Assembly: GCF_009914755.1 (NCBI RefSeq)
Contig: NC_060936.1
From: the human T2T-CHM13v2.0 reference genome, Homo sapiens
Length of the DNA stretch: 64,000 nucleotides
Strand: one strand, 5' to 3'
In this document: positions 1 to 14,111 of the stretch, in pieces
Layout of the letters: every line of letters starts with the position of its first letter
How positions within the stretch are numbered: the stretch's first letter is position 1
Program-made: the position numbers and the translations under genes
Notes under the pieces: generated by a model
The model's input: only the letters and a program-made list of their open reading frames with translations
What the model was told of the DNA's origin: nothing
Database searches by the model: none

Positions 1-949
1 ACACAAAACACCTGTGAATCACCTGGGCAACACAACGGTTTTAAAAATCTTAAGTGGCTCTTGTTCTTCTGATTCATCAGGTTCTACGCATTTAACTTCC
101 AGAACAAATTTAGCCCTCAAAATATCTTGGTACATTTTCTACCCATCTCTTACCCTTTAAATCCTCCATTGTTTAAATGACACGTCACCATTTCTGCACA
201 CCTGTTACCCAGCACACCCTCATCCTTTTCCTCTTGAAGCAACCAGCCCAGCCCCACCCACGCTTTCTCCAGAGGAGACAAAAGGCACTGGAGACTCTGC
301 CTTGCTGGGTCTGCTCCAGCCATGTCCTAAAAGAGAAACCGGCAGAGCAACTCAGGCAGGGGCAGGGAAAGCAGGGCAGGGGAGTGGGAGAGAGGGGAAG
401 TTAGCAGTCAGTGAATAGGTGCAAGGTAAGGTTGGCAATTAAAATAATTTCCACCTACATACACGGCAGCTTTGAAGGCACAGGATGGGGGAAGATTGCC
501 ACAGGATGCCAACTGCGGCATCCATTTTAAGACTTTCTGTTCACTGGCATCAGCAGCCATTGGGTGGACCAGCTTGGAATCTTAGCCCATTCTATCGCTT
601 ATATGGACCATTATCTGCTCTAAGTATGACTAGAACCAAGGCTGGCACTGTCCTGCCAGAAGCATTTTCCTTAGCCACTCTCAGTTCATGGTCACTTAAA
701 AAAAAAAAAAAAAGAGCAAAAATTGCCTCTGAAATATCTAGCAATTCCCTTAAATGCAGGGCTTAGAATAAGCTATGAAGTTTGCTTAAGAAAGGGCTGA
801 AGAGCCTTTCAAAGTGTTTGCACTTGAGAAATGGAAAACTCAGAAATGTTTGCCTCCTCTGGCAGCCTCAGCTATGGGCTCTTCTGCAGTTGGCTGGGGC
901 TTAGATGGGAAATTCTTTCAGAGCAACAGGTGCCACCATCGTGAAAGCT

Positions 950-1185
950 AATAAGAATGATAGAAAATGTTTATTGAGCACTTACTATGTGCCAGGAACT
1001 GTTCTAAGCATCTGCATGCGTTAACTCATTTACTCCTCACAACAACTGCATGAAGTAGCAACCATTATTTTTCTTCATTTTACAGGTAGGGAAATCCAGG
1101 TACAAAGAGGCTAAATATCTGGCCCCAAGTTCCCCAGCTGGTAAGCAGCAGAGCTGGGATGTGAAACCAGGCAGGTGGCTTCAAA
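950..1185 (-). mobile_element. MIR SINE
   Basis: TTTATTGAGCACTTACTATGTGCCAGG...CATTTTACAG...CCCAAG...GAGCTGGGAT matches the reverse MIR consensus. Confidence 0.85.
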
Positions 1186-1530
1186 TAAGGCCTCTCTGAA
1201 GATAAAGCACATCCAAAGTTACTCAAGGAAAAACAAGTTGAGTAGGTGAGATTTTGATCTCTTATTCTTCTTCTCTTGCCAGGTGCCATTCTAAGCCCCT
1301 TCAGTGATGAGAAGAATAATTCTCGAAGCCTCACTAGAGAGATGTGTGAGTGACAATATGGAACGAAGGCCTGATGGTGAAGTTTCAGAAACTAGTTCCT
1401 GAGAGTGGTTCATATGTTAAGCTGAGGTGAAATTACCAACCCCCTTTAAATTATGTCATGCTACTTCGATGATACATAAAGTTTCTCCTACTCTGCCCAG
1501 CTCCTCTTCCTCACCCTCCCTAAACATTTA

Positions 1531-1906
<376 letters not shown>

Positions 1907-3195
1907 TTATTCTTTTGTGAATAACACGAGAACTGGACATGTCTCTGCATTCCCGGCAATTTCTTGAATTAGCTCATATTGAGTGACTAGCTTTTATGAA
2001 AGTTAATTCCTTGAGCTTAACCTCCGAGAATCTGCCAAAAATCTCCCAGACAAGGTGAAGACAAGACTCATCCTCTCGCCCCATCCCTATGTTGCTCTTT
2101 GATATTTGATTGTTACACCAGCTAATTCTAATAGGATAGACTTGAAATCCTTTCCCCCCAGTAAACCTCTATGCTGCAAGGAAGAGACTCCAAGATCTAT
2201 GTACTCCACGTCTCTCATTCAAACATCCTTGGTTTATAAATCTCCTAGACCTCTCTACTCCATTATATGCCTCTGCCCAGGTACCTAATGGAAGCCACTG
2301 AAAACCTGAAAAACTCTGGCTTCAGATCCATGTAACAGTTCCCTTGAAAAGGCTCCTTTTGCTAAAGAACTGGAAGTATCCCCTTCTCCATACCCAGCAC
2401 ATTGGTTTATCATTATTATTTGCCACCAGAAATCTCACAGGCTGTTTGTTCTCTGCCCAAATTCATATTCCAGTTATTTGTTCTCAGGGCCAGCCCACCC
2501 TGCACCTGAGAAAAGGGGCTGAAACCTGCAGGGGCTCAATCTCTCTCCAGGCAATTTCCAGTCTCTCCAGACCTGGGTTCCCATTACAATGCTTCCCCCT
2601 GACATTCTCTTTACCTCAAACAGCACAACTTGTTTTTCTTTCTCCGGTGTCTGCTCCCTCCTGATGCAGGATCCACTTAAGTCTTTCTGAAACTGACACC
2701 AGGATCAAGGGAGGAAAAACCAGGCAGCACAAAGCCTTTGGCAGGCTCCTGCAGCAAGTTCTGTGCTGCCTGCTCCTCCTGAAAATCCTCTCTCAGCTCT
2801 TTCCAGATGTGCCCCAGACTCTCACGAGCACATTTCTCTCAAACAGCCCATCAATCACTCCATGAGTGTTTACTTAGTGCCCGCTTCATGCGAGACATTG
2901 TCCTCTACGCCCGGGAGCATGCCTCCATGTGGGAGAATTGATTCCTGCCTTCCAGACCTCATGGCCTCTGCAAGGAAACACGACATCAGCCAAAGAAAAT
3001 ACAAAGCCTGGAGAACTCTTTCCAAATCAGAGGCACAGACTCTGCTAGCTGAAGAAGCTGAAGATTAGAATTAAACCTTGAGGAGTAGGTAGGAGAAAGG
3101 GAGGGGGAACGATGCTCTTGATAGAAGAGCAAGTGAGCAAAGACACAAACATATTTGGGGGCAGTAAGTTTATGACCTGGGCAGGCCGAGGAGAC

Positions 3196-3490
3196 TTTTT
3201 TTTTTTTTGAGACAGGATCTTGCTCCATTGTCCAGGCTGGAGTGCAGTGGCACCGTCTCGGCTCACTGCACCCCCCTCCTCCCCGGGTTCAAGTGATTCT
3301 TATGCCTCAGCCTCCCGAGTAGCTGGAACTATAGGCACGTGCACCACACCCAGCTAATTTTTGAATTTTTAGTAGAGATAGGGTTTCACCATGCTGCCTA
3401 GGCTAGTCTCAAACTCCTAACCTCAAGTGATCCAACTGCCTCAGCCTCTCAAAGTACTAGGATCACAGGCGTGAGCCACCACGCCCAGCT
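3196..3490 (-). mobile_element. Alu (S/J-type), full length
   Basis: Poly(T) followed by a reverse Alu dimer ending ...GAGCCACCACGCCCAGC. Confidence 0.95.
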
Positions 3491-4019
3491 CTGAGGAAAT
3501 TTTTGAATGCTGCGCTGGAAAGGTGTCTCATAGACACTGCCATCCCTTGTTGAAGCTAACCTCTCTTCAAAAAAATGGAAATAAAATAAGGGGTAGAGGG
3601 GGCAGGGCTTCCCACCAACAGGCATGGCCCTGGTGGTGCTTCTGCCTGGGAAGGTCCAGCTAGACCAGGTGACCCTTCACTAGCAGTTCTAGCCCAAAGC
3701 TATGGTCCCAGTCCTGGGAAGGAGAGCCCTGTGACTTCCCCCAGTCTGCACTTACTCCACAAATTCCTCTGGAAAGAGCACCAGCCTGGGAATCAGGGGA
3801 CCTGGTTCCTGACCCAGCATTTTCACTAACTAGATGGCAAGCCACACAGCCTCATGAGCCTCCATGTCTGCACATGTACAATGACAATGAAGAGTTTGGA
3901 GAAGATGTACTAAGTCCTTTCTAGCTCTTAGGTGTTATTTTGCAATCATTTCTGTAGCCCACCTTCCATCATCCATTATTCAATGGGTCTCATGGGAGAT
4001 CTTATTTTTCAGTTCCTGG

Positions 4020-4875
4020 GGTATTGTGATATGGCGAAATATATATATTTGGTCTTTATCCAGTTTCCTGGCATACAACTCCAAGTCTCCATAGTGATGT
4101 CTTTTTGTATGCCAAGGAGTTGACTGGTGGCTGACAGCCCCTAAGTAGCTTCAGAATGGGGGGTGGTCATCAAGACCCAGGCTGGATGAGAGGATTGGGA
4201 CTTTCAGCCCCATTCCCCAGCCTCCAGAGAAAGGAGAGGAGCTGAAGGTTAAGTTGATCACCAATGACCAATGATTTAATCAGTCATGCCTACATAATAA
4301 AGCCTCTATAAACACCCAAAAGGACTTCCATACCAACCCCAACAGGGTTTGAAGAGCTTCCAGATAGCTGAACACGTGAAGATTCCTGGAGGGTGGCACC
4401 CAAGGAGGGCATCGAAGCTCCACACCCCTGCCCACCTGCCATTCGCTAGCATCTCTTCATCTGTACCCTTTGTAATAGACTTTACAATAAACTCAGTATT
4501 TCCCTGAGCTCTGTGAGCCACTCTAGCAAACTAACTGCACACAAGGAGTGGGCTGTGGGAACCCTGATCTATAGCCAGTGGGTCAGAAGCACAGGTAAAA
4601 CAACCTGGAACTTGTGATTGGCATCGGAAGTGGGGGACATTCTCATAGGACTGAGCCGTCACCTGTGGGCTCTGATGCTAGCTCCAGGTAGATAGTGTTG
4701 GAATTGAACTAAAGTGGAGGACACCCAGCTGGTGTTCGCTGCTGGAAGATTGCTTGCTGGCTGGTGGGAAGAAACTCCACCCCGCAAACACATGTCTGGT
4801 GTCAGAAGTACTGTGTGACTGCGCTGGGAGGGTGCAGTAGGAAGAAACTGGGCTCGTTACTCCTGTATGCTCTGA
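4020..4875 (+). mobile_element. MER21-family solo LTR
   Basis: Starts TGTGAT...GAAATATATATATTTGGTCTT...TTCCTGGCA; internal AATAAA; ends in a GGTGTCAGAAG...GTAGGAAGAAAC-like 3' segment. Confidence 0.75.
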
Positions 4876-5087
4876 AGGTATGATCCTTTTTGCCAGCTTT
4901 CTTCCTCTGCCTGCTATTTCCTGGCTGTCATCTTTTTCAAAATTTGCTTTTAAATATGAAAAGACTCATATTTATTATAGAAAATTTGGAAAATACAGGA
5001 AACACAGAGACAATATGGAAATCATCTATAATTCAATCATTCAAAGACAACCACCATTAACTATTTGACCTATATCTTTCTCATAGA

Positions 5088-6397
5088 CAGTTGTCCCTCA
5101 GTAGCCTGAGGGGAACTGGTTCCAGGACCCCTGTGCATACCAAAATCTGTGGATGCTCAAGTCCCTTATATAAAATGGTGTAGTATTTGCATATAACCTA
5201 CATGTGCCCTCCTGTATACTTTAAATCATCTCTAGATTACAATATAATGTAAATGCTATGTAAATAGTTATACTGTCTTTTTTATTTCTATTATTTTGTA
5301 TTGTATTGTGCTTTTTTTCTGAATAGTCATTTACTGCATAATGACATTTTGGTCAATGACAAACTGCATATGTAACGATGGTTCCATAAGATTATAATGC
5401 AGCTGAAAATTTCTGGTCACCTAGTAACATCATAGCTCTCATAACATTGTAGGGCAATACATTACTCATGTGTTTGTGGTGGTCCTTTCAGAGGTATTCC
5501 AGAAGGAGGCATTGTTATCATAGGAGATGACAGCTCAATGCATGTTATTGCTTCTAAAGACCTTCCAATGGGACAAGACGTGGAGGTGGAAGACGGTGAT
5601 GTTGATTATTCTGAGCTTGTATAAGCCTAAGCTAATGTGTGATTTGTATCTTTGTTTTTAATAATAAGGTTTAAGAAGTCAAAATTAAAATTAAAGAATT
5701 AAAGAATAGAAAAAGCTTATATTAATAGAATAAGAAACAAAGAAAGTATTTTGTAGAGCTGTAAAATATATTTGTGTTTTAAGCTAAGTGTTATTACAAA
5801 AAAGTCAAAAAGTTTTTTAAAATTTTAAAGTTTATAAAGTAAAGTTACAGTAGGCTAAGGGTAATTTATTATTGAAGGAAGAATAACTTTTAGAAATAAA
5901 CAGTGCAGCCTAAGTCTACAGTGTTTACAAAGCCTACTGTAGCATACAGCAATGTCCTAGGCCTTCACGTTCACTCACCACTCACTCACTGACTCACCCA
6001 GAGCAATTTCAGTCCTGCAAGCTCCATTCATGAAAAGTACCCTATACACGTATACCACTTTGTATCTTTTATATTGTATTTTTATTTCACCTTTTCTGTG
6101 TTTAGATACACAAATACTTACCATGGTGTTACAACTGCCTACAATGTTCAATACAGTCACATACTTTACAGTTTTGTAGCCTAGGAGCAATAGGCTATCC
6201 CACATAGCCTAGGTGTGGAGTAGGCTCTACCATCTAGGTTTGTGTAAGCACATTCTGATGTTTGCACAATGATGAAATTGTCTAACAATGCATTTCTCAG
6301 AATGTATCCCTATTGTTAAGTAATGCATGACTGTATATTCCATCCTCAGTTGGTTGCATCCATGGATGCAGAACCCATGGATACAGAGGGCCAACTG
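5088..6397 (+). mobile_element. MER2 (TcMar-Tigger MITE), split by Tigger3: 5088-5324 and 6334-6397
   Basis: Begins CAGTTGTCCCTC and ends GAGGGCCAACTG (terminal inverted repeats); body CAAGTCCCTTATATAAAATGG matches MER2. Confidence 0.9.
5325..6333 (+). mobile_element. Tigger3 (Tigger3b-like) non-autonomous DNA transposon
   Basis: TIRs AGTCAT...GCATAATGAC and GTTAAGTAATGCATGACTG; diagnostic CACTCACCACTCACTCACTGACTCACCCAGAGCAA; inserted at TA. Confidence 0.88.
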
Positions 6398-6408
6398 TAC
6401 ATACATAC

Positions 6409-6754
6409 TGTCTTAGTCCATTTTCTGTTGCTATAACTGAATACCTGATACCAGGTAATTTATCAAGAAAAGACATTTATTTCTTAAGTTCTGGAGGCTG
6501 GGGAGTCTAACGTGAAGGTGCCAGCATCTGGTGAGAGCCTACTTCCTGCATTATAATGACAGAAGTCATTATGTGGCAAGAAGGCAAGAGCATGCCAGTT
6601 CAGATCTCCCTTCTCTTATAAAGCCACCAGTCCCATCATGGGCCCACCCTGATGACTTTATCTCATCCTAGTTACCTCCCAAAGGCCCCACCTCTAAATA
6701 CCATCAACATATGAATTTGGCGATTAAAGTTTCCAAAACATTGAAACCATAGCA
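6409..6754 (-). mobile_element. MaLR solo LTR (MSTC/MSTD-like)
   Basis: TGTCTTAGTCCATTTTCTGTTGCTATAAC...AAACCATAGCA; 5-bp TSD CATAC/CATGC. Confidence 0.85.
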
Positions 6755-6819
6755 CATGCTTTTAGTTTTAGCCAAGTTAGTACCATACAGCACATAAATT
6801 ATATATTGTTGACAATTCC

Positions 6820-9800
6820 ACTTCCTGTATGGACAGACTAGGTTGGTTTTGGACCAACCCTCCCCGAGAACTAGAAAAGCTGGATAACATATAACAAAAT
6901 ATGTTTGAAGGCTTCTGAAAAATGGTCAAAGCAATGAAACTTTGTGGTGTTACAATCTGAAAGAGGAAGGAAATCAAGAGAAATGAACCTGGAATTTGGG
7001 GCCTCTCTGCCCCTCAAAGCAACAGGTAGATTCCATAAGCAAGAAGAGTGACAGGGGACTGATAAATCAATGAGCTTTCAGCCGTCTGGTGAGGCAATGT
7101 AACCAAAATGGAGGTCAGGATTCACTCGGGAGGAGGGATCCTGGTAACACCCCAGGAATTCTGCTGGGACCCCAAAGGCCTGTGCTCTAGTTATAAGAGT
7201 AAATCCACCCTCACAAAGAATGAAGCCAAGCTTCAAATCATGTCAATTCAATCTAACCTTTGACTAGCTAACAGCCAGAAGCAAACCTTCCTCTGATGGA
7301 AGATAACATCACATAAAACCTCAAATTATCCCTACATTTTTCAAACACTGTTTCACCCTTAAAAAGGTAGATAATAGAGAAGGCTAGAGAGCTGTCTTTA
7401 CTGGGGAAATAGCTGTGGCAGATCATTGCACCATAGAATGTGATTAGAAAAGCAGATCAATATGCAAGAGCCATAGTTAAAGGCATCACAGAGCCTAGGA
7501 GCCAATGAAGACTATACAGGATCAGATTCTGGGGAGGGGAATCTGCAGAGAGGAAGCTGGCAATCTCTGTCAATTCTGTGAATAGGTAAAAAGCTGAGAA
7601 ACTTTGCCCAGGCAGTGAGTCACTCCCAGGTGATTGAGAAACCATCAGAGCTTCAGAAGTCTTACGAGGTGTAATTGATTAAAATTGGAGACTTGAGGAC
7701 TCTCAAAAATGTGGTTTGTTTTGCCTCAATAAGTTGGCTAAATTCTGTAACTGTACAAGGAAAATGGCTAAAATTTCAAGCAGAGAATTTTGGGCAGGCA
7801 GTTTTATGGTGTTGAGGAGAGAAAGATTAGAATTTAGGGCCTGCCCGGGGAACATGTCTCAGTGAACATTTCAGAGAATCAATTAGAAACCCTGGAGGTC
7901 TATGCCCCAGGATCAGGAGCTAACCAGAGGCAACAAGCTGCACTGGAACCAGAACGACTTCATCCACCCTCCCAGTTGCTGCTACACCCTGCCTCTCAGG
8001 CCCTGAGCTGAAGCAGCACCCATCTCCCAGGGCATCAATGCCTTGGCTACCCAGAGCAGTCACACTCCCTGGTGCTGGAGCTGAAGTGGCACTGTGTCTT
8101 CCAGGGAATTCTTGCCGTGGCTACTCAGGGTAGTCACACCCCCAGCACCTGAGCTGAAGTAATGCCCTACCTCCCAGGGAATCAGTGCCTTGGATGAGCC
8201 TGGCAGCTGTACATCCCAGGGCTGAATTGACATGGCACCTTGCATCCCAAGAAAACAGCATTGAGTGAGCTGAGACCACCTACCAGGCCAAACAACTGTA
8301 GAACCTTGTCTTCTTGGAACTGGACTACCTCTCGCCCTTGACACCACAAGATTCTGAGCTGCTGAGGCACCCTGCCTCCTTGGAAAGTGGAGCCATTGCT
8401 GTGCTGCTCCATGTCCCCTGGGGCCCAAGCCACAGCTGAACTCTGCCATTCCTGGTCCTTGCTGTCTCATGGAGCCAGGGACACGGCTATGTTGTCTCAT
8501 CATCCCTGGGTCCAGAGTCACCACTACACAGTGCCTTATCGTCCAGGACCTGAGTTACTGCTGTGCCCTATTGGCTCCATTTCCCAAATTATAGCTGTTC
8601 TCTGCTCATGGACCTGAATCTCCAGAGCACCCCTTCTCCCCTGGAGCTGAGCCAGTGCTGTGCCCTGCCCTTCAGGGTCGGAGTCAGAGCTACCATCCAG
8701 CCTAATGAGCCCGAGCTGCTGGAGTGTACCTCAAAGCCACAGACACCAGCTTTATTGACCATCTGCATCTACCTATGCCTCAGAGAGTGAACCTTCACTC
8801 CAAGTGCCAGCTGCCACAGTAGGTTTGTGAGACCGTGAGCCCAAACTCAGGTTTTAAAGCCACTCTGAGCACCTGTACCCTGGAACCTAGCACCACTGCA
8901 GCCACTTGTGGGCCATGCCAGACCCAACATGAGGAGAGATGCCCTCACCTAAGACTCTTCTTATGGAGGAAATGAGAATGGGAGGACCCTAAAAGCTCTT
9001 GCTACTGAGAACTCTAACAGCACACACTTCTGCCACTGCTGTCACAAACTCTGGCAGCCTAGGCCGGTGAGGTGCCCACAGTCATTCTTGACCTTGACTG
9101 CAGCTGAAGAAGCTGCACAGAGACTATACCACTGCCTCCACTTGGAATCAGGGCCACCACACCCTGCCCAAACAGCACCTTAAGACCCACCTGCAGGTGA
9201 AAGTCTTTACCTACAAAAGACACTCTGTAAATTTTGGAAGAGGTGACTGTTCCACCAGATGCACAGACATCAATACAAGGATAAAAGAAACATGAAAAAG
9301 CAAGAAAACATGACACCACCAAAGGAACACAATAATTCTCTAGTGACTGACCTCAAAGAAAAGAAAATTTATCAATTGCCTGAAAAGGAGTTCAAAATAA
9401 TATTTTTAAGAAAATTCAGCAAGATATGAGATTCAGAATACAGATGGACAACTCAAAAAACTCAAGGAAACAATTCATGATCTGACTGAGAAATTCAACC
9501 AAGAGATAGATATTATAAAAGAGAACCAAACAGAAATCTTGTAGCTGAAGAATGCAATAAATGAAACAAAAAATACAGTAGAGAGATTCAACAGCAGACT
9601 AAATCATGCAGAAGAATCTGTGAACTTGATAATAGGTTTTTTGAAATTACTCGGGGTAGGGGAAAAGGAAAGAAAATAAAAAAGTAAGATGGCCTGCATG
9701 ACTTATTGGATGCCATTAAGCAAAATAACTCTTGCATTACTTATGTTCCAGAAGAAGAGACAGAGAAAGGGATAAAAACTTCTTTAATTAAATAATTGCT

Positions 9801-11160
9801 GAAAACTTCCCAAGTCTTGGGAGAGATATAGACATCCAGATCCATGAAGCTCAAAGAGGTTCAACCAAAAGAGGTCCTCCTCAAGACATATTATAACTAA
9901 ACTGTCAAAAGTAACAAAATGAGCATTTTGAAAGCAGCAAGAGAAAAGCATCAAGTCACATATAAGAGAATCACTATTAGGCTATCAATAGATTTCTCAA
10001 GAGAAACCTTGCAAGCCAGGAGAGAATGGCATGAGAATGGGATGATATATTCAAAGTGCTGAAAGAAAAAAAAAAAACTGTCAGCCAAGAATACTATATC
10101 AAGTAAATCTGCCCTTCATAAATCAAAGAGTGGAAAAGATATAGAAAGAAAATCAGAGTGGAAAAGATATCCAAAGTCTAACCAAATGAAAACTGGAATG
10201 GCCATCCTAGTAGCAGAAAAATAGACCTTAAAGCAAAAAGTTACTAAAGTTAAAGAGGAGTATTTCATACTCATAAATGTTAATTCACCAGAAAGCTATC
10301 ACAATTCTAAATCTATCTGTGTGCGACAACATAGTTTTAAAATATTTCTTTAAAAAAGCAAAAATTGACAGAATTAAAGGGAAAGATGACAAATTCACAC
10401 TCGTAGCAGAAGAGTTTAATAAATCTCTCTCCATAGCTGATAATGGACCCAATAAAATCAGCAAGGAATGAGAAGAATGAAACACATAATTGGCAAATGT
10501 ATAGCACCACATGATTTCTTTCACGTAATGTTCAAAAACTGGCAAAATTATGTCATTAAAATCATGCCAGTGGCTACTTTTCAGGGGGAAAAAAGCATAG
10601 TTGTTGGAAATGAACATAAAGGAGAGTTTTTGGGGTACAGGCAACATTCTATAATGTTCTATTCCTTCAGCCGGGTTGTACTTAGATGAGTATGTTCATT
10701 TAGAGATAATCATTGAACTGGTATAATCCAATTTCAAATGTGTATTAAATATATTTGTGTAGTTCAAACACTACACATAGCAATAAAAAACAATTTTATC
10801 CACATATCAAACTAAGTAAATCTTGGAAATTGTGTTGAATGAAAACACATAGATAGAGATTAAAAATTTTGTAAATTATTTTAAAATGCTATATATTTTT
10901 ATATAGATAAATATATGTAGTAAAGGTATAACTTCTGAATAAGAAGAGTATGTACCAATTTCAGATAACTCCATAGTTATCTATGGAGCAGTAGGGAAGG
11001 GAAGACTATAAAAGAGGACTCAATGATATATGCAACCTTTTATTTCTTAAAACATTCTTAAGTAAATATGGCAAACTGTCAACATTTGTTAAATTTGGCT
11101 GGAGGGTATATGGATGTTTGTTATATTTGCTGTAATTTTCTATATAAAAGATTTCATAAT
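6820..11160 (+). mobile_element. Composite of old L1M fragments: 5'UTR-like sequence, decayed ORF1 (~9292-10125), ORF2 endonuclease remnant (~10130-10480), 3' end pieces
   Basis: ATGAAAAAGCAAGAAAACATGACACCACCAAAGGAACAC is an L1M1/M2-type ORF1 start; GAAACCTTGCAAGCCAGGAGAGAATGG encodes the ORF1 ETLQARREW motif; A-rich ORF2-like remnant follows. Confidence 0.75.
8004..8290 (+). repeat. Degenerate ~73-bp tandem array in an old L1 5'UTR
   Basis: GAGCTGAAG anchors at 8005, 8078 and 8151 (period 73) and GGGCTGAAT at 8219; the first three units share CCAGGG...GCCNTGG. Confidence 0.8.
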
Positions 11161-11857
11161 TATTTGTTTTTAATACTGCAAATATGTTCTCATGTTATCA
11201 GATATTCTGAAATAGCAAATTTTAAAGACTTATTTTTACTATTATAAATATTACTATAATAAACATCCTTGTCTTAAATACTTACTGTATCTGTAATTTC
11301 TTTTTTTATTATTATACTTTAAGTTCTAGGGTACATGTGCACAACATGCAGGTTTGTTACACAGGTATACATGTGCCATGTTGGTTTGCTGCACCCATCA
11401 ACTCGTCATTTACATTAGGTATTTCTCCTAATGTTATCCCTCCCCCAGCCCCCTACCCCACAACAGACCCCAGTGTGTGATGTTCCCTGCCCTGTGTCCA
11501 AGTGTTCCCATTGTTCAGTTCCCACCTATGAGTGAAAACATGCAGTGTTTGGCTTTCTGTCCTTGGGACAGTTTGCTGAGAATAATGGTTTCCAGCTTCA
11601 TCCGTGTCTCTGCAAAGGACATGAACTCAACATTTTTTATGGCGGCATAGTATTCCATGATGTATATGTGCCACATTTTCTTAATCCAGCCTATCATTGA
11701 TGGACATTTGGGTTGATTCCAAGTCTTTGCTATTGTGAATAGTGCCACAATAAACATATGCATGTGTCTTTATAGTAGCATGATTTATAATTCTTTGGGT
11801 ATATACCCAGTAGCGGAATCGCTGGGTCAAATGGTATTTCTAGTTCTAGATCCTTGA

Positions 11858-12261
<404 letters not shown>

Positions 12262-13338
12262 TTCCTGACTTTTTAATGACTGCCATTCTAACTGGTGTGA
12301 AATGGTATCTCATTGTGGTTTTGATTTGCATTTCTCTGATGACCAGAGATGATGAGCATTTTTTGATGTGTCTGTTGGCTGCATAAATGTCTTCTTTTGA
12401 GAAGTGTCTGTTCATATTCCTTGCCCACTTCTTGATAGGGTTGTTTGTTTTTTTCTTGTAAATTTGAGTTCTTTGTAGATTCTGGATATTAGCCCTTTGT
12501 CAGATGGGTAGATTGCAAAACTTTTCTCCCATTCTGTAGGTTGCCTGTTCACTCCAATGGTACTTTCTTTTGCCGTGCAGAAGCTCTTTAGTTTAATTAG
12601 ATCCCATTTGTCTATTTTGGCTTTTGTTGCCATTGCTTTTGGTGTTTTAGTCATGAAGTCCTTGCCCATGCCTATGTCCTGAATGGTATTGCCTAGGCTT
12701 TCTTCTAGGGTTGTTATGGTTTTAGGTCTAAGATTTAAGTCTTCAGTCCATCTTGAATTAATTTTTGTATAAGGTGTAAGGAAGGCTTTCAATTTCAGCT
12801 TTCTACATATGGCTAGCCGGTTTCCCCAGCAACATTTATTAAATAGGGAATAGTTTCCCCATTTCTTGTTTTTGTCAGGTTTGTCAAAGATCAGATGGTT
12901 GTAGATGTGTGGTGTTATTTCTGAGGCCTCTGTTCTGTTTCATTGGTCTATATATCTGTTGTACCAGTACCATGCTGTTTTGGTTACTGTAGCCTTGTAG
13001 TATAGTTTGAAGTTGGGTAGCGTGATGCCTCCAGCTTTGTTCTTTTTGCTTAGGATTGTCTTTGCAATACAGGTTCTTTTTTTGGTTCCATATGAACTTT
13101 AAAGTAGTTTTTTCCAATTCTGTGAAGAAAGTCAGTGGTAGATTGATGGGGATAGCATTGGATCTATAAATTACCTTGGGCAGTATGGCCATTTTCACGA
13201 TATTGATTCTTCCTACCTGTGAGCATGGAATGTTCTTCCATTTGTTTGTGTCCTCTTTTATTTCGTTGAGAAGTGGTTTGTAGTTCTCCTTGAAAAGGTC
13301 CTTCACAACCCTTGTAAGTTGGATGCCTAGGTATTTTA

Positions 13339-13904
<566 letters not shown>

Positions 13905-13940
13905 TCTGCATCTATTGAGATAATCATGTGGTTTTAGTCA

Positions 13941-14111
<171 letters not shown>

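Noticed and set aside
420-432. Donor-like AAG|GTAAGG as a lncRNA exon boundary
   Set aside because: An isolated splice-like motif with no supporting promoter or acceptor; expected by chance in 64 kb.
8004-8290. Regularly spaced repeats as a CRISPR-like array
   Set aside because: Whole units are homologous rather than repeat plus unique spacer; the context is a primate L1 and there are no cas genes.
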